Source: Planctomycetota bacterium | Lineage (GTDB): Bacteria > Planctomycetota > B15-G4 > SIAN01 | DNA: 64,000 nucleotides | Assembly: GCA_016795285.1 (NCBI GenBank) | Contig: JAEUIC010000029.1 | Span: forward strand, 133,518-197,517 | Direction of reading: 5' to 3' | In this document: in pieces, positions 11,001 through 19,747 of the stretch | Numbering within the stretch: position 1 is the first letter of the stretch | Layout of the letters: every line of letters begins with the position of its first letter | Notes under the pieces: model-generated | Databases searched by the model: none | Told to the model about the DNA's origin: nothing | What the model saw: the letters and a program-made list of their open reading frames with translations, nothing else | Position numbers and translations under genes: made by a program

Positions 11001-13861
11001 AGAAGGAGGCGCTCGGCCACGACGACTGGAACGCGCTGGCGGCGTGGTGCACGGCGCGCGGCCAGCAAGAGGCGGCGGCGCGCGCGCAGCTCGAGGCGTG
11101 GCTCGCGGTCGACGCCGACACGCTGCAGAACTTCCTCTGGCAGCAGCGCTGGCAGCTCGACGATCGCGGCGACGGCACGCCGGGCGAGCTCTCGCCCCAC
11201 ACCTTCGCTCAGGCGATCGCGATGCTGCGCAAGGCGGAGCAGCCGTCGCAGCACCTCTGGGTGATCCGCGACCTCTACGGCCGCACGAAGGAGTTCCGGC
11301 TGCTCGAGTGCCTCGCGGAAGGAGTGGTCGGCCACACGGCGCAGGGGATCTACGCGTTCCTCGGCGACCTCGCGGCGCTGGAGGCGCTGATCGACGAGGA
11401 GGCGACGGTCGATCGCATCGCGCAAGGGATCGCGAACGCGCGGCCGCGGGCGAAGAGCGCCGTCGATGCGCGCGCGCTCCGCTACCTCGAGTTCCTCTCG
11501 CGCTGGCGCGCCTCCGCGCAGGTGAATGGCGGCGCGGCGCACGCGACGGCGGCACTCGCCGCGATGAAGGCGGCCTTCGAGCCGGCCATGCAGCCGGGCG
11601 AGGGAGTGCTGCTGGCCGCGTTCCTCGCGCGCCTCGACCGGCTCCACGCCCCCGAGCTGGTGGCGGAGCAGCTGCGGCAGCTCGCCGCGCTGCTCGCCGC
11701 CGAAGCGGTCGGCAGCGACGCGCGCCTCGCGGTGGCTGGCGCGCTCGCCACCGCCGAATGGAATGCGAATCGCCACGACGCGTCGCTGCGCACCCTGCAG
11801 GGTGAGCTGCTGGCGCGGCGGCGCGCGAACGGCGATCGGCTGCCCGACAGCGCCAACGGGGCGCTCGCGACGCTGGTCGAGCGGCTCGCCACGCGCGGCC
11901 GCTTCCTCGAGGCGGAGAAGCTGCTGGATGATGAGCGGAGCGGCGAGCGCGTCGTCGCGCTCCACGCGAGCCGCGGCCACTGGCTCGAGCAGCAGCTCCA
12001 CGCGCTCTTCGCGCGCGCGCTGCGCGACCGCGGGAGCGTCTCGCTCGGCAGCGGTGCGGAGCTCTTCGCGAAGGCGCGCGCGGTCGTGCTGGAGCGCCTT
12101 GCGACGCGGAGCCACGAGGGGCGCGCGCAGGAACTGGTCGACGAGTTCGTCGCGCTCTGCCGCGCGGCGCACGAGGTGAGGCTGCCGCGCGTCGGCGAGG
12201 AGCTCGAGCAGTTCGCCTTCCAGCAGCTGCCGCGCACGCTGGCGGCCTACCAGTACCGGAACGGCCAATCGATGGTCGCGAACGTCGCGCAGGCGTTGCG
12301 CGATCTGGCGAGCGCGCCGGTCGCCGTCGAATTCCTCGTCACGCGCGCCGAGACGGAGCCGCGCTGGATCGCGCGCATGGGGCAGTCGTTCTTCGATCAG
12401 CAGGGGTGGCAGCTCGCGCGGTGGCGCCATGAGGCGCGCCGCCTCGACGAGCGGCTCGAGCGGCGGCTCCTCGCGTTGGTGGTGGCCGAGCTGCGCGGCG
12501 AGATGCGCCACGGTCGGCAACGCGCGCGCGGCTTCTACGACATCGCCTACGACACCTTCTGGGCGGCGAAGGCGGCCGACTTCGCGGCAGCCGCGAAGGC
12601 GGAGCACGCGGAGGGGCGCGACGACGAGGCGGTGACGCTGCGCGTCGCGGACTACCTCTACCAAGGGCTGAAGCGCCCGGCGGAGGGCGTCGCGTTGCTG
12701 CGCGAGCGGCTGCGCGGCGGCCGGCTCGGGCTCGATGGCCAGGTCACCTTCTGCCGCTGGCTCCACGAGCAGCGCGGCGACGCCGAGGCGAAGCCGTTGC
12801 TCCTGAAGCTGATCGCGGCGCGGCCGGGGCAGCTCGACCTGCGCTTCACGCTGATGGCGGTCTGCACCGCGCTGCGCGAGCCGGCGGAGGCCGATGCCGT
12901 GCGCGCCGGCTGCGAGAGCTGGCTGCGCGAGAGCAAGCAGTGGGACGTCGAGGAGAACGTGCGGCAGCTCGCGTGGGCGTGCTACGAAGCGGCCCTCTGG
13001 GAGCACGCCGCCGCCTACTACGGCGAGGCGATCACGATGCGGACGCGCAGCCACGGCGCGCGCGCCAACGGCGACGGGACGCTCGGCCCCTACTACGAGC
13101 GGCGGAGCGAGGCGCTCGCCAAGCTCGGCCGGACGATGGAGGCGATCGATGCGGCGGCGGGCGCGATCGTCGCGTGGGGCGCGAACCTCGACGAGCGCAA
13201 CCGGGCGCTGCGGACGCTCGACGGGGCGATTGCGTCGGCGCGCGACCTCGCGGCGGTGGCGGCGCGGATCGACGCGGAGGTCGCCGCGAGCGGCCTCGAG
13301 AACCCGCTGCTTCGCAAGTCGCTGGCGAAGGCGTGGCGCGAGCGCGGCGAGCTCGAGCAAGCGCAGGCGCAGCTCGAAGCGGCGCTCGAGGCGGCACCTG
13401 ACGACGCCGAGGTGACCCAGCTCCTGCTGCAGGTGCACGACGCGCGGCGCCAGCCGGAGGGGGCGATCGCGGCGCTCTTCGCGGCGATGGAGGCACGGCC
13501 CCACGATCTCGAGCTGCTGGTCGAGCTCGGCGCGCGGCTGACGCGGATCGAGCAGGCCGAGCGCGCCGAGCGGGTCCACACGCAGCTCGTCGAGGCGTTC
13601 CTCGGCGAGAGCGAGGGGCACGCCGCGCTGGCCACGGTGCGCGAAGCTCAGAAGCGCTACCGCGAGGCCGCCCTGCAGTGGGAGCAGGTGATCCGGATCC
13701 GCGGCAACGAGCCGACCGGGTGGCTCGGCCTCGCGAAGTCGCTGCTCGCCGCCGGCGACCGCGACGCCGCCCGCGCCCCGCTCGACAAGCTGCTCTCCAC
13801 CGACTGGGAGGCCCGCTTCGGCGACGTGAAGAGCGAAGCGCGCCGGCTGCTCCGCCGCTGA
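5069..13861 (+). CDS. Giant (2930 aa) secreted VIT-vWA domain protein with a C-terminal alpha-helical/TPR-like region of about 2200 aa
   Basis: Signal peptide. VIT domain signature (YHKVTVDIRDQIARTVIEESFENHTSTVLEGVFYFPLPADASISSFGMWIGDDLVEADIVEKERARAIYE...GNLFKARVYPISGEKRIKIGYTQVL). vWA domain with MIDAS motif (LLLCDTSGSLRG). The remainder is long, Leu/Ala/Glu/Arg-rich helical repeats. The 2948-aa ORF on the opposite strand is compositionally Arg/Pro-rich and has no domains, so it is judged a shadow. Confidence 0.8.
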   Translation: MRTPLAFGPATALTLVALALAPLFAGPLPAPLDPQAAQALAADASLAKVVDREGIGLARAGHSLRWRTAEPNEPLFAGEWLKTGARGAHALELRTKGGARLILGPGAQLELIDAATLRVAAGEVEIGADATQPLTVRGPGETVLTLAAPTVVRATEGRLEALKAEPPWLAGFKAGQPTEALGSLLATIDGREVPLTLGYHKVTVDIRDQIARTVIEESFENHTSTVLEGVFYFPLPADASISSFGMWIGDDLVEADIVEKERARAIYEQILREKRDPGLLEWTGGNLFKARVYPISGEKRIKIGYTQVLKKRDDTFRYHYALQSELLRANPLKQLSIDVHVSSAEPLAAVASPSHSCRVEATAHAATVSFEAQELRPDRDFELRLATVPAVNGGAWRGSPHLSFVDDQRGDDGYFMVRFTAPPAEVCPPPDESVPSDWLLLCDTSGSLRGAARERQLEFLEALLASLGPHDTIQVATCDVATRFAFPAPVFNDEANRAAALKFVLQREALGWSDLAGAFGECFQAMRKETQLVYVGDGIATLGDADPAKCADAITKAFPGRGRVHAVVPGNAQEPLVLRAITRLGDGSLREIGGGSDATQVAAALIADATDWRATDLKVAFDGVPVAAVYPETLPSLAMGEQQIVVGRYDARTARRGTVRVTGRGMAPLELPIVLDDLGEKGSFLPRLWARHHMDHLLAQPASKATREQVLALSEEFQLVSPYASFLVLESEADRERFRVQKQTRMRDGEEFFAKGRTDGDFALAQAQMEKAELWRVGIRRDVLAMLAALDRDLVERLRPQSNEVAWGEDRLEMVTRSFATGGGGGGRGGWQFAGMRGLDARSGAAQKPGAPTGGGWDGGVDKLNRVAANGNELLDFAGGEAEGAASDSDGEDDLGGSDLPPASEQAPEPAATPAPGEASFDDATAGGFALKSRARRAQASAARPMGGLSKFGYLSDLGDLSGERDASRGRDDGRSWYARAPRPAPLDPFTSCLPGIAPPLPPRTPAFDGEVAALLATLDGRARIAALAGGIEVSLRGTTTSRRGTTLSLGEGRALLAADGWWSEPLHRAGDDATIEWWDGAQRGAWSRAWQLGRVRATRAGDAASFPALHSWLFPDLDARFRGHAVTFGRSDDGRVLLHLIPPGARTASGDGNFTDVLIDEAKALVLEERWFSSNVLVHVVRVEESREAAGRWWPTRIVAESPRESTRVEWQLEVTALAAADFAPRLAAALAPRAALIELPELDPTLHPTPAAALAAARQAVADGKAGLLERWLLLSAAAARDEHDATRAAFAEVAALCGGKPGLARLELVRHLVVREHETLRLQLLARAAAEAARRSPGEVARAETLLALAAPLHAGDEQLALLDALTPLFERQPDAPWARFGHARQRLAQLQATPRSDEAYAAAEKLARDFPTEVEAHLTWSQFQAQRGAIDAALRTLADAASKHAPWSSGEQQQLADARVTLLWNGYRLEQLVDETKALLSTDAERVPQQQLDRYLSALVMLDREAAWWSTIEQWLGEARATVRAGRRLGEGEERRLAAAVRHALGQGEGCWWWNRRFEPAEAQLLADTGRELLADERAGRYGAQLLPALGETLEGRAAYAALWSELRENAATAAATRVARFVALLRQVNYQPAGEEATWQALFAALAARAAATSDANERAALETLLLGYAQNALQLDVRRAQLARASSDAEREAAAAALFAALLQEGWSEPFETELRGLIEQVGPGASVELATAATEAAKEAARGRRFARIIAWHDFVDWAIAARAKAAVAALPGSNALPRKKLQLAQEEQTRLARLAVHARLTAELERAPDGEFADWLRLDRAWLDVKLRRDTEPARRELLALLARRLDAAGATPIEELERDALVAAQRAATTLLHLLATAPEAARAEQQREWLALRDAAQATKGALLDWQELDWTRLVALDRGDELVALLERWLGDGTQYALLRFGVDLAWLHAERGELDKAIALGWRLAEKEALGHDDWNALAAWCTARGQQEAAARAQLEAWLAVDADTLQNFLWQQRWQLDDRGDGTPGELSPHTFAQAIAMLRKAEQPSQHLWVIRDLYGRTKEFRLLECLAEGVVGHTAQGIYAFLGDLAALEALIDEEATVDRIAQGIANARPRAKSAVDARALRYLEFLSRWRASAQVNGGAAHATAALAAMKAAFEPAMQPGEGVLLAAFLARLDRLHAPELVAEQLRQLAALLAAEAVGSDARLAVAGALATAEWNANRHDASLRTLQGELLARRRANGDRLPDSANGALATLVERLATRGRFLEAEKLLDDERSGERVVALHASRGHWLEQQLHALFARALRDRGSVSLGSGAELFAKARAVVLERLATRSHEGRAQELVDEFVALCRAAHEVRLPRVGEELEQFAFQQLPRTLAAYQYRNGQSMVANVAQALRDLASAPVAVEFLVTRAETEPRWIARMGQSFFDQQGWQLARWRHEARRLDERLERRLLALVVAELRGEMRHGRQRARGFYDIAYDTFWAAKAADFAAAAKAEHAEGRDDEAVTLRVADYLYQGLKRPAEGVALLRERLRGGRLGLDGQVTFCRWLHEQRGDAEAKPLLLKLIAARPGQLDLRFTLMAVCTALREPAEADAVRAGCESWLRESKQWDVEENVRQLAWACYEAALWEHAAAYYGEAITMRTRSHGARANGDGTLGPYYERRSEALAKLGRTMEAIDAAAGAIVAWGANLDERNRALRTLDGAIASARDLAAVAARIDAEVAASGLENPLLRKSLAKAWRERGELEQAQAQLEAALEAAPDDAEVTQLLLQVHDARRQPEGAIAALFAAMEARPHDLELLVELGARLTRIEQAERAERVHTQLVEAFLGESEGHAALATVREAQKRYREAALQWEQVIRIRGNEPTGWLGLAKSLLAAGDRDAARAPLDKLLSTDWEARFGDVKSEARRLLRR

Positions 13862-13864
13862 TCC

Positions 13865-13965
13865 CCCACCAGGTGCCGGGGAGTTTCCGTCTCGCCCGGT
13901 GCCGGGGAGTTTCCGTCCGGCCCGGTGGCGGGGAGTTTCCGTCCGGCGCGGTGGCGGGGTTGATT
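13865..13965. repeat. Tandem direct repeat array: three units of about 26 bp (GGTGCCGGGGAGTTTCCGTC...) followed by a variant unit (GGTGGCGGGGTTGATTCTTCC)
   Basis: Read directly from the sequence: caccaGGTGCCGGGGAGTTTCCGTCtcgccc / GGTGCCGGGGAGTTTCCGTCcggccc / GGTGGCGGGGAGTTTCCGTCcggcgc / GGTGGCGGGGTTGATTCTTCCgcg. The array lies in the convergent intergenic region between the VIT-vWA gene and the TonB receptor gene. Confidence 0.85.
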
Positions 13966-14023
13966 CTTCCGCGAGCGGGGACGCGCGTCGGTGACGAGGA
14001 CGCGTCGGAAGAATCAACCCCGC
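13944..14023. repeat. Perfect 22-bp inverted repeat (GGTGGCGGGGTTGATTCTTCCG ... CGGAAGAATCAACCCCGCCACC) enclosing an inner palindrome (GACGCGCGTC / GACGCGTC). A large hairpin could form.
   Basis: Seen directly. The arms are the same motif variant as the two repeats upstream of the DinB-family gene at 20245..20290. Confidence 0.8.
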
Positions 14024-14089
14024 CACCGGTGCGGACCGCCGCGAGCGCACCGTCGGTGGCGCGCTCGCGGCGAGGCGATCAGGAGGCGA

Positions 14090-16207
14090 TCAGAACGTGA
14101 ACTCGAGGCGCAGGTAGAGCTGCCGCGGGGCGCCAGCGACCTTGCCGCCGCCGAAGAAGCCGCCGCGCGAGTGGACCAGCCACTCCTCGTCGAAGAGGTT
14201 GCTGGCACCGAGCGCTGCTCGGATCGTGCGCCCCCCCTCGCGTTCCCACGTCTTCTCGACTTGCGCGTCCCAGATCGTGCGCGACGGGTTGTGGCCGAGG
14301 TTGCCGTTCACGTTCTCGACCGCGGTGTTCGCCTCGTCGGAGAAGGAGTCGCCGACGTAGGTGCCACCCAGCGAGAAGCGCAGCCCGCCCTCCGCGAGGT
14401 AGTGGAAGTTCCACGCCGCCTTGCGCTCCCACGCGTACGGCGTCTCGTTGCCGCGGAACGGCCCTTCGCGCAGCTCCGACTCCTGCAGCGACGCCGAGAC
14501 CATCGCCCCGAAACCGGCGAGCGGCTCCCACATCGCGCCGGCATCGGCGTGCAGCGTGGCGTCGACGCCGTGCGCGACGATGCGCCCGATGTTCTCGTAG
14601 AAGCCGGAGTAGAAGACGCCGACGTCGTCGAAGTCGGTCCGCCACGCTGCCACGGTCCCGTCGATGCCGCCCGGCAGCTCCGCCCGCGTGCCGACCTCGA
14701 ACGAGTCGCCGTGCTCGAAATCGACGTCCTGCGCCGCCGCGCCCGCCGCGAGGTTGAACCCCCACACCTGCGGCGCCCGGAAGCCGCGTTGCCAGTTCGC
14801 GAACAGGGCCCAGTCGTCGCGCACGCGCCAGCTCGCGCTGACGCCCGGCAGCAGCGTGAAGAAGCGGTCGTCGAAGTCGCCGCCAAGCACCTCGTCGTCG
14901 CCGTCCGCGACCGGGATCCACTCGGCGCGCACGCCCGCGGTCAGCTCGAGCCCGTCGAGCGGCTCGAGCGTGTCGTCGACGTGCGCCGAGAACGACGTCA
15001 GGTCGAAGCTCGAGTCCTGCAGCACCGTCGCCGAGCCGCCGCCGAACGGCGTCGAGACGATCTCGTAGTCGGGCAGCCACTCCTGATGGGCGCGCAGTCC
15101 CCAATGGAGGCGATGGCCGCCGGCCGCGGCGAAGCGTCGCTCGCCGCGGATGCCGAGATCGACCCACAGCGAGTCGTCGGTCCAGTCGCGCACCTCGGTC
15201 GGCGCGCCGAACAGCGGGCGGCGCGCGGTGAGCTCGCGATGAGTCTGGCTGAACGCGACGTACGGCTCGATCCACGCCTCGTCGTTGCCGCGATGGTGGA
15301 CGACGTCGAACGCCGCGCGGAACCCGTCGAAGCGGCCCTCGGGCCGGGCGTTGCCGAAGCGATCGGCGGCGAACTCGGCGACGGTGAGGCCGCCCGGCGC
15401 CTGATGGCTGTCGGTGAACCACGAGAAGCGCGTCGCCGTCCACGCATCGGTGCCGTGCTCGCGGCGCAGCTTCACCTCGAGCGACTGCTGGTCGTACGCG
15501 CCGTCCTCGCGGTAGCCCTCGCCGCGCCGATCGCCGAGCGTGACCAGCCAGCCGAGCGCGCGATCGCTGCCGTCGCCGATCGTCGCCACCGTCGACATCG
15601 CATCGAACGAGCCGTAGGTCGACTGCAGCGACGACTCGAACCGGTCGGGGATCGGCCGCGTGATCACGTTGAGCACGCCGCCCACCGTGTTGGGCGAGTA
15701 GCGGACCGCTTGGCCGCCGCGGAGCAGGTCGATCGCGAAGACCTGCTCGGGGAAGAGCGGGAAGAACGAGAGCGCCGTCCAGCCGTACGGCAGCGGATTG
15801 GCCGGAACGCCGTCGATCAGCGGCAGCACGTACTCGGTGAGGCCGTCGTCCGGCAGTCCGTGGATCGAGAAGCTCGGCGCGGCCGCCTCGCCGCCGTTGT
15901 AGGGCCGCGTCGAGAGGGCCGGCAGGTAGAGCAGCAGGTCGTTCAGGTCGCGAGCCCCGATGGCGCGCACCTCCGCGGGACCGAGCACGTCGCGCGAACC
16001 TGGATGGCCGATCGGCACCACCGGCACGCCCGCCTGCCCGACCGAGCCGGTGACGAGCACCGCCGGCAGCTCGAGATCGGGCTTCTTGCCCCCCTCCTTC
16101 GGATCGGGCTCGCGAGCGCTCTCCTGCGCGCGCGCGACCGCTGGCGCGACGACGATCCCGAGCGCGACCCAACGCGACCTGCCCCGCATGCTCATCGGCG
16201 ACTCCAC
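14090..16207 (-). CDS. TonB-dependent outer-membrane receptor
   Basis: Signal peptide, plug-domain motifs, long beta-barrel region, C-terminal ...RLEFTF ending in Phe. 705 aa. Confidence 0.9.
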   Translation of the reverse strand: MESPMSMRGRSRWVALGIVVAPAVARAQESAREPDPKEGGKKPDLELPAVLVTGSVGQAGVPVVPIGHPGSRDVLGPAEVRAIGARDLNDLLLYLPALSTRPYNGGEAAAPSFSIHGLPDDGLTEYVLPLIDGVPANPLPYGWTALSFFPLFPEQVFAIDLLRGGQAVRYSPNTVGGVLNVITRPIPDRFESSLQSTYGSFDAMSTVATIGDGSDRALGWLVTLGDRRGEGYREDGAYDQQSLEVKLRREHGTDAWTATRFSWFTDSHQAPGGLTVAEFAADRFGNARPEGRFDGFRAAFDVVHHRGNDEAWIEPYVAFSQTHRELTARRPLFGAPTEVRDWTDDSLWVDLGIRGERRFAAAGGHRLHWGLRAHQEWLPDYEIVSTPFGGGSATVLQDSSFDLTSFSAHVDDTLEPLDGLELTAGVRAEWIPVADGDDEVLGGDFDDRFFTLLPGVSASWRVRDDWALFANWQRGFRAPQVWGFNLAAGAAAQDVDFEHGDSFEVGTRAELPGGIDGTVAAWRTDFDDVGVFYSGFYENIGRIVAHGVDATLHADAGAMWEPLAGFGAMVSASLQESELREGPFRGNETPYAWERKAAWNFHYLAEGGLRFSLGGTYVGDSFSDEANTAVENVNGNLGHNPSRTIWDAQVEKTWEREGGRTIRAALGASNLFDEEWLVHSRGGFFGGGKVAGAPRQLYLRLEFTF

Positions 16208-16371
16208 GTGCCCCCGTTCGGGGGCCGCGGCGAAGCAAACGAGGCGCCCCGAACGACGCGGCGAAGCGCGCGCAACGCTCGAGTCGCGACGTCATTCCGT
16301 CACCGTCGCGTGACCGCTGCACGAGCAGCGGGAACGACCGCCTGCCCACTGCGCGAGCGCCACCAGCAGCG

Positions 16372-16478
16372 ACCGCGAACGCCGGTGGCGGGGAGTTTCC
16401 ATCCACCCCGGTGGCGGGGAGTTTCCTTCCGGCACGGTGCCGGGGAGTTTCCGTCCGGCAAGGTGGCGGGGTATCTCC
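16372..16478. repeat. Tandem direct repeat array (four units) of the same GGTGSCGGGGAGTTTCC family. It lies about 170 bp upstream of the TonB receptor start.
   Basis: cGGTGGCGGGGAGTTTCCatccacc / cGGTGGCGGGGAGTTTCCttccggca / cGGTGCCGGGGAGTTTCCgtccggcaa / GGTGGCGGGGtatctcc. Confidence 0.85.
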
Positions 16479-16495
16479 ACCACGATCCGATCGCG

Positions 16496-18034
16496 TCACC
16501 AGCGTTCGCGGGTGAGCGGGATGACGATCGTGCGGCGATCGCCGGAGTTCACCGTGAACTCGATGGGAGCGATCGGCTCGAAACCGTCGATCAGTTCGAA
16601 CTCGACCGAGTAGGTGCCTTCAGACCAGAACGGCTGATCGAAGCTGCATGCCGATCCGTCGCGCGATTCGCCGCGCCAGCGAGGTCTCGGCCTCACCGTC
16701 GCCCATGGCAGTGGCACGCGTGTCTCGCCGTCGTGCAGTTCGAACGCGATTCGTGCAATCGCCGGCTCGTCGGGATTCGACCAGTTCCCGCCGCATTCGA
16801 AGCCGTCCCGCGCGGCCTGCGCGAGATCTCCGCTGGCGACCTTGATCCTCGAACACTCGCTGCCCTCAGCGTGACCGGACGCCAGCACGATCGGGCGCAC
16901 TCCTTCGCGCAACCCCGGTTGCCGCACCAATTCCACCGGCCCGACCGGCACGTCGGTCACGCTCGCACGGTTTCCGATGAACTTGACGGGCGCGCTCCGC
17001 CAACCGTGAGTCGCCCGCCCCGATCGCAGCCACACACCGACCCGATCATTTCGCGACGGCATCACCTCCTCACCCACTGCGACGATCTCGACCTCCGTCG
17101 CCGGCCAGAGCCGCACTTCGCGCGCGCCACCGCCGCGCGCATCGATCTCGAGAGTTCGCTCGACGCGACCCGCTGCCTGCACCGTCAACTCGATCTCTCC
17201 CGCCCACCAGTCCGCGATGCCCGCCTGGACCTTGAACCCGCCCGCCTCGGTCCACCACGCGCCGCCATCGATGCACCTCTCGCTGCGCTCCTCCCCACGC
17301 ACGATGCCAAACGCGAACGACCCGCCCTGCCGCACGAACTCCCACGATTCACCCAACGCGTCGAGCGGCACACCGGCTTCCGCGGCCACGACTCGGACGA
17401 AGGTCGCGGGCGGCGCGATCCACCGCAGCTCCGCTTCGCGCTCCTCGGACAGCCGGCGCCAACGAACGTCGAGCGGCAGCACGCGCTCGCCTTCGCTCGT
17501 CGCGAACGCCCGCCACCAGATCTTCGAGCGCGGCAGCTCGGCGAACGCGGCTGGCGGCGTCGCGACGAAGCGATCGCCGTTGACGGGAGGTTGGTGGATG
17601 TGGACTGCGCCGCCCGCCCAGAACTCGACGCGCACCGACGGATCGAGCTCAGGCAGCTTCATCCACTCGGGCACGCGGCGATCGATCGTTCCGTGCACCG
17701 TCGGCAGCGGCTCGGCGGCCGTCGACGGCCGGTCGAGCTCACGCAACACAAGCCCCGTCAGCGAGAGGCTCGCCACGTTCCGATCGGAGCCTCCCGGTTC
17801 GGTCGGCGACACGATCGCGGACGCGGCCTTCGACGACTCGCTCGCGCCCCGCCCACCGCTGCCGCCTTCGGCGAGCACCGCGCGATCGAACCGCAACTCG
17901 GGCATCTCCGGGGAGCACCCCCCAGCGAGCAGCGCCGGCAGCAGCGGCGCCACCATCACTCGCCGAGCCCTGCCCGATCGATCGCCGATCGCCATCGCTC
18001 GCTCCTCGTCGCGGTCGGCAGCGTGCCGATGCAT
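16496..18034 (-). CDS. Hypothetical lipoprotein. The likely true start is about 17956 (MVAPLLPALLAGGC lipobox-like signal).
   Basis: The ORF has high GC3 and varied composition, and the N-terminal signal ends in a Cys. It lies upstream of, and on the same strand as, the TonB receptor gene. Confidence 0.55.
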   Translation of the reverse strand: MHRHAADRDEERAMAIGDRSGRARRVMVAPLLPALLAGGCSPEMPELRFDRAVLAEGGSGGRGASESSKAASAIVSPTEPGGSDRNVASLSLTGLVLRELDRPSTAAEPLPTVHGTIDRRVPEWMKLPELDPSVRVEFWAGGAVHIHQPPVNGDRFVATPPAAFAELPRSKIWWRAFATSEGERVLPLDVRWRRLSEEREAELRWIAPPATFVRVVAAEAGVPLDALGESWEFVRQGGSFAFGIVRGEERSERCIDGGAWWTEAGGFKVQAGIADWWAGEIELTVQAAGRVERTLEIDARGGGAREVRLWPATEVEIVAVGEEVMPSRNDRVGVWLRSGRATHGWRSAPVKFIGNRASVTDVPVGPVELVRQPGLREGVRPIVLASGHAEGSECSRIKVASGDLAQAARDGFECGGNWSNPDEPAIARIAFELHDGETRVPLPWATVRPRPRWRGESRDGSACSFDQPFWSEGTYSVEFELIDGFEPIAPIEFTVNSGDRRTIVIPLTRERW

Positions 18035-18119
18035 CGATCTCAGGAACGGGCGCTCGCCCTCACGGTTCGAGCGAGGCGCCGATGGATCGCGCCTGCCCGC
18101 GCGCTACTTTGCGCGCACC

Positions 18120-19577
<1,458 letters not shown>

Positions 19578-19595
19578 CCGAACGCTCCGCGGCGT

Positions 19596-19640
19596 CCCGA
19601 TCCGGGAGCGTTCCGCCGCCGAGATCCGCACCACGCGGGG
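19596..19640 (+). repeat. REP-like intergenic element (copy 1): GATCCGGGAGCGTTCCGCCGCCGAGATCCGCACC
   Basis: Member of a roughly 35-bp family. Other copies are at 22978..23010, 23052..23086 (inverted), 26645..26700 (variant), 32815..32860 (inverted) and 51318..51352. Confidence 0.8.
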
Positions 19641-19668
19641 CCGCCCATCGGGGTGGCCCCGCGGTCGT
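19638..19668 (+). terminator. GC-rich hairpin (CGCGGGGCC-gcccatcggggt-GGCCCCGCG) downstream of the M20 peptidase gene
   Basis: Perfect 9-bp stem read directly. There is no U-tract, which is common for intrinsic-like terminators in high-GC genomes. Confidence 0.4.
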
Positions 19669-19747
19669 TCCGGGAGGAGCGGCACGGACGACGACGACGA
19701 AGTTCGCGCTGCAACGGGGCCACGGCCTCGCCGCGCCCCCCCTCTTC

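Noticed and set aside
8650-11805. Numerous long Arg-rich ORFs in alternate frames (for example 8650..11805+, 2413..4455+, 2420..5173-, 59254..60843+, 21284..22963+, 23532..26924+, 38207..40183+)
   Set aside because: They show the compositional signature (R/A/G/P more than 60%) of out-of-frame translation of GC-rich coding DNA, and each overlaps a gene with recognisable domains.
5204-14050. 2948-aa ORF on the minus strand, antisense to the VIT-vWA gene
   Set aside because: It is Arg/Pro/Ala-rich with no motifs and is a typical high-GC antisense shadow. The plus-strand ORF has clear VIT and vWA domains.
13861-16490. Possibility that the GGGGAGTTTCC repeat arrays are a CRISPR array
   Set aside because: There are only 3-4 imperfect units with linkers of 6-9 nt, far below spacer length. 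No cas genes are present. The units are better described as tandem direct repeats or iterons.
17217-18119. N-terminal 300-codon extension of the M20 peptidase ORF
   Set aside because: The extension is Ser/Pro/Arg-rich and fully antisense to the real lipoprotein gene 16496..17956. A Met at 18120 begins the conserved M20 N-terminus.
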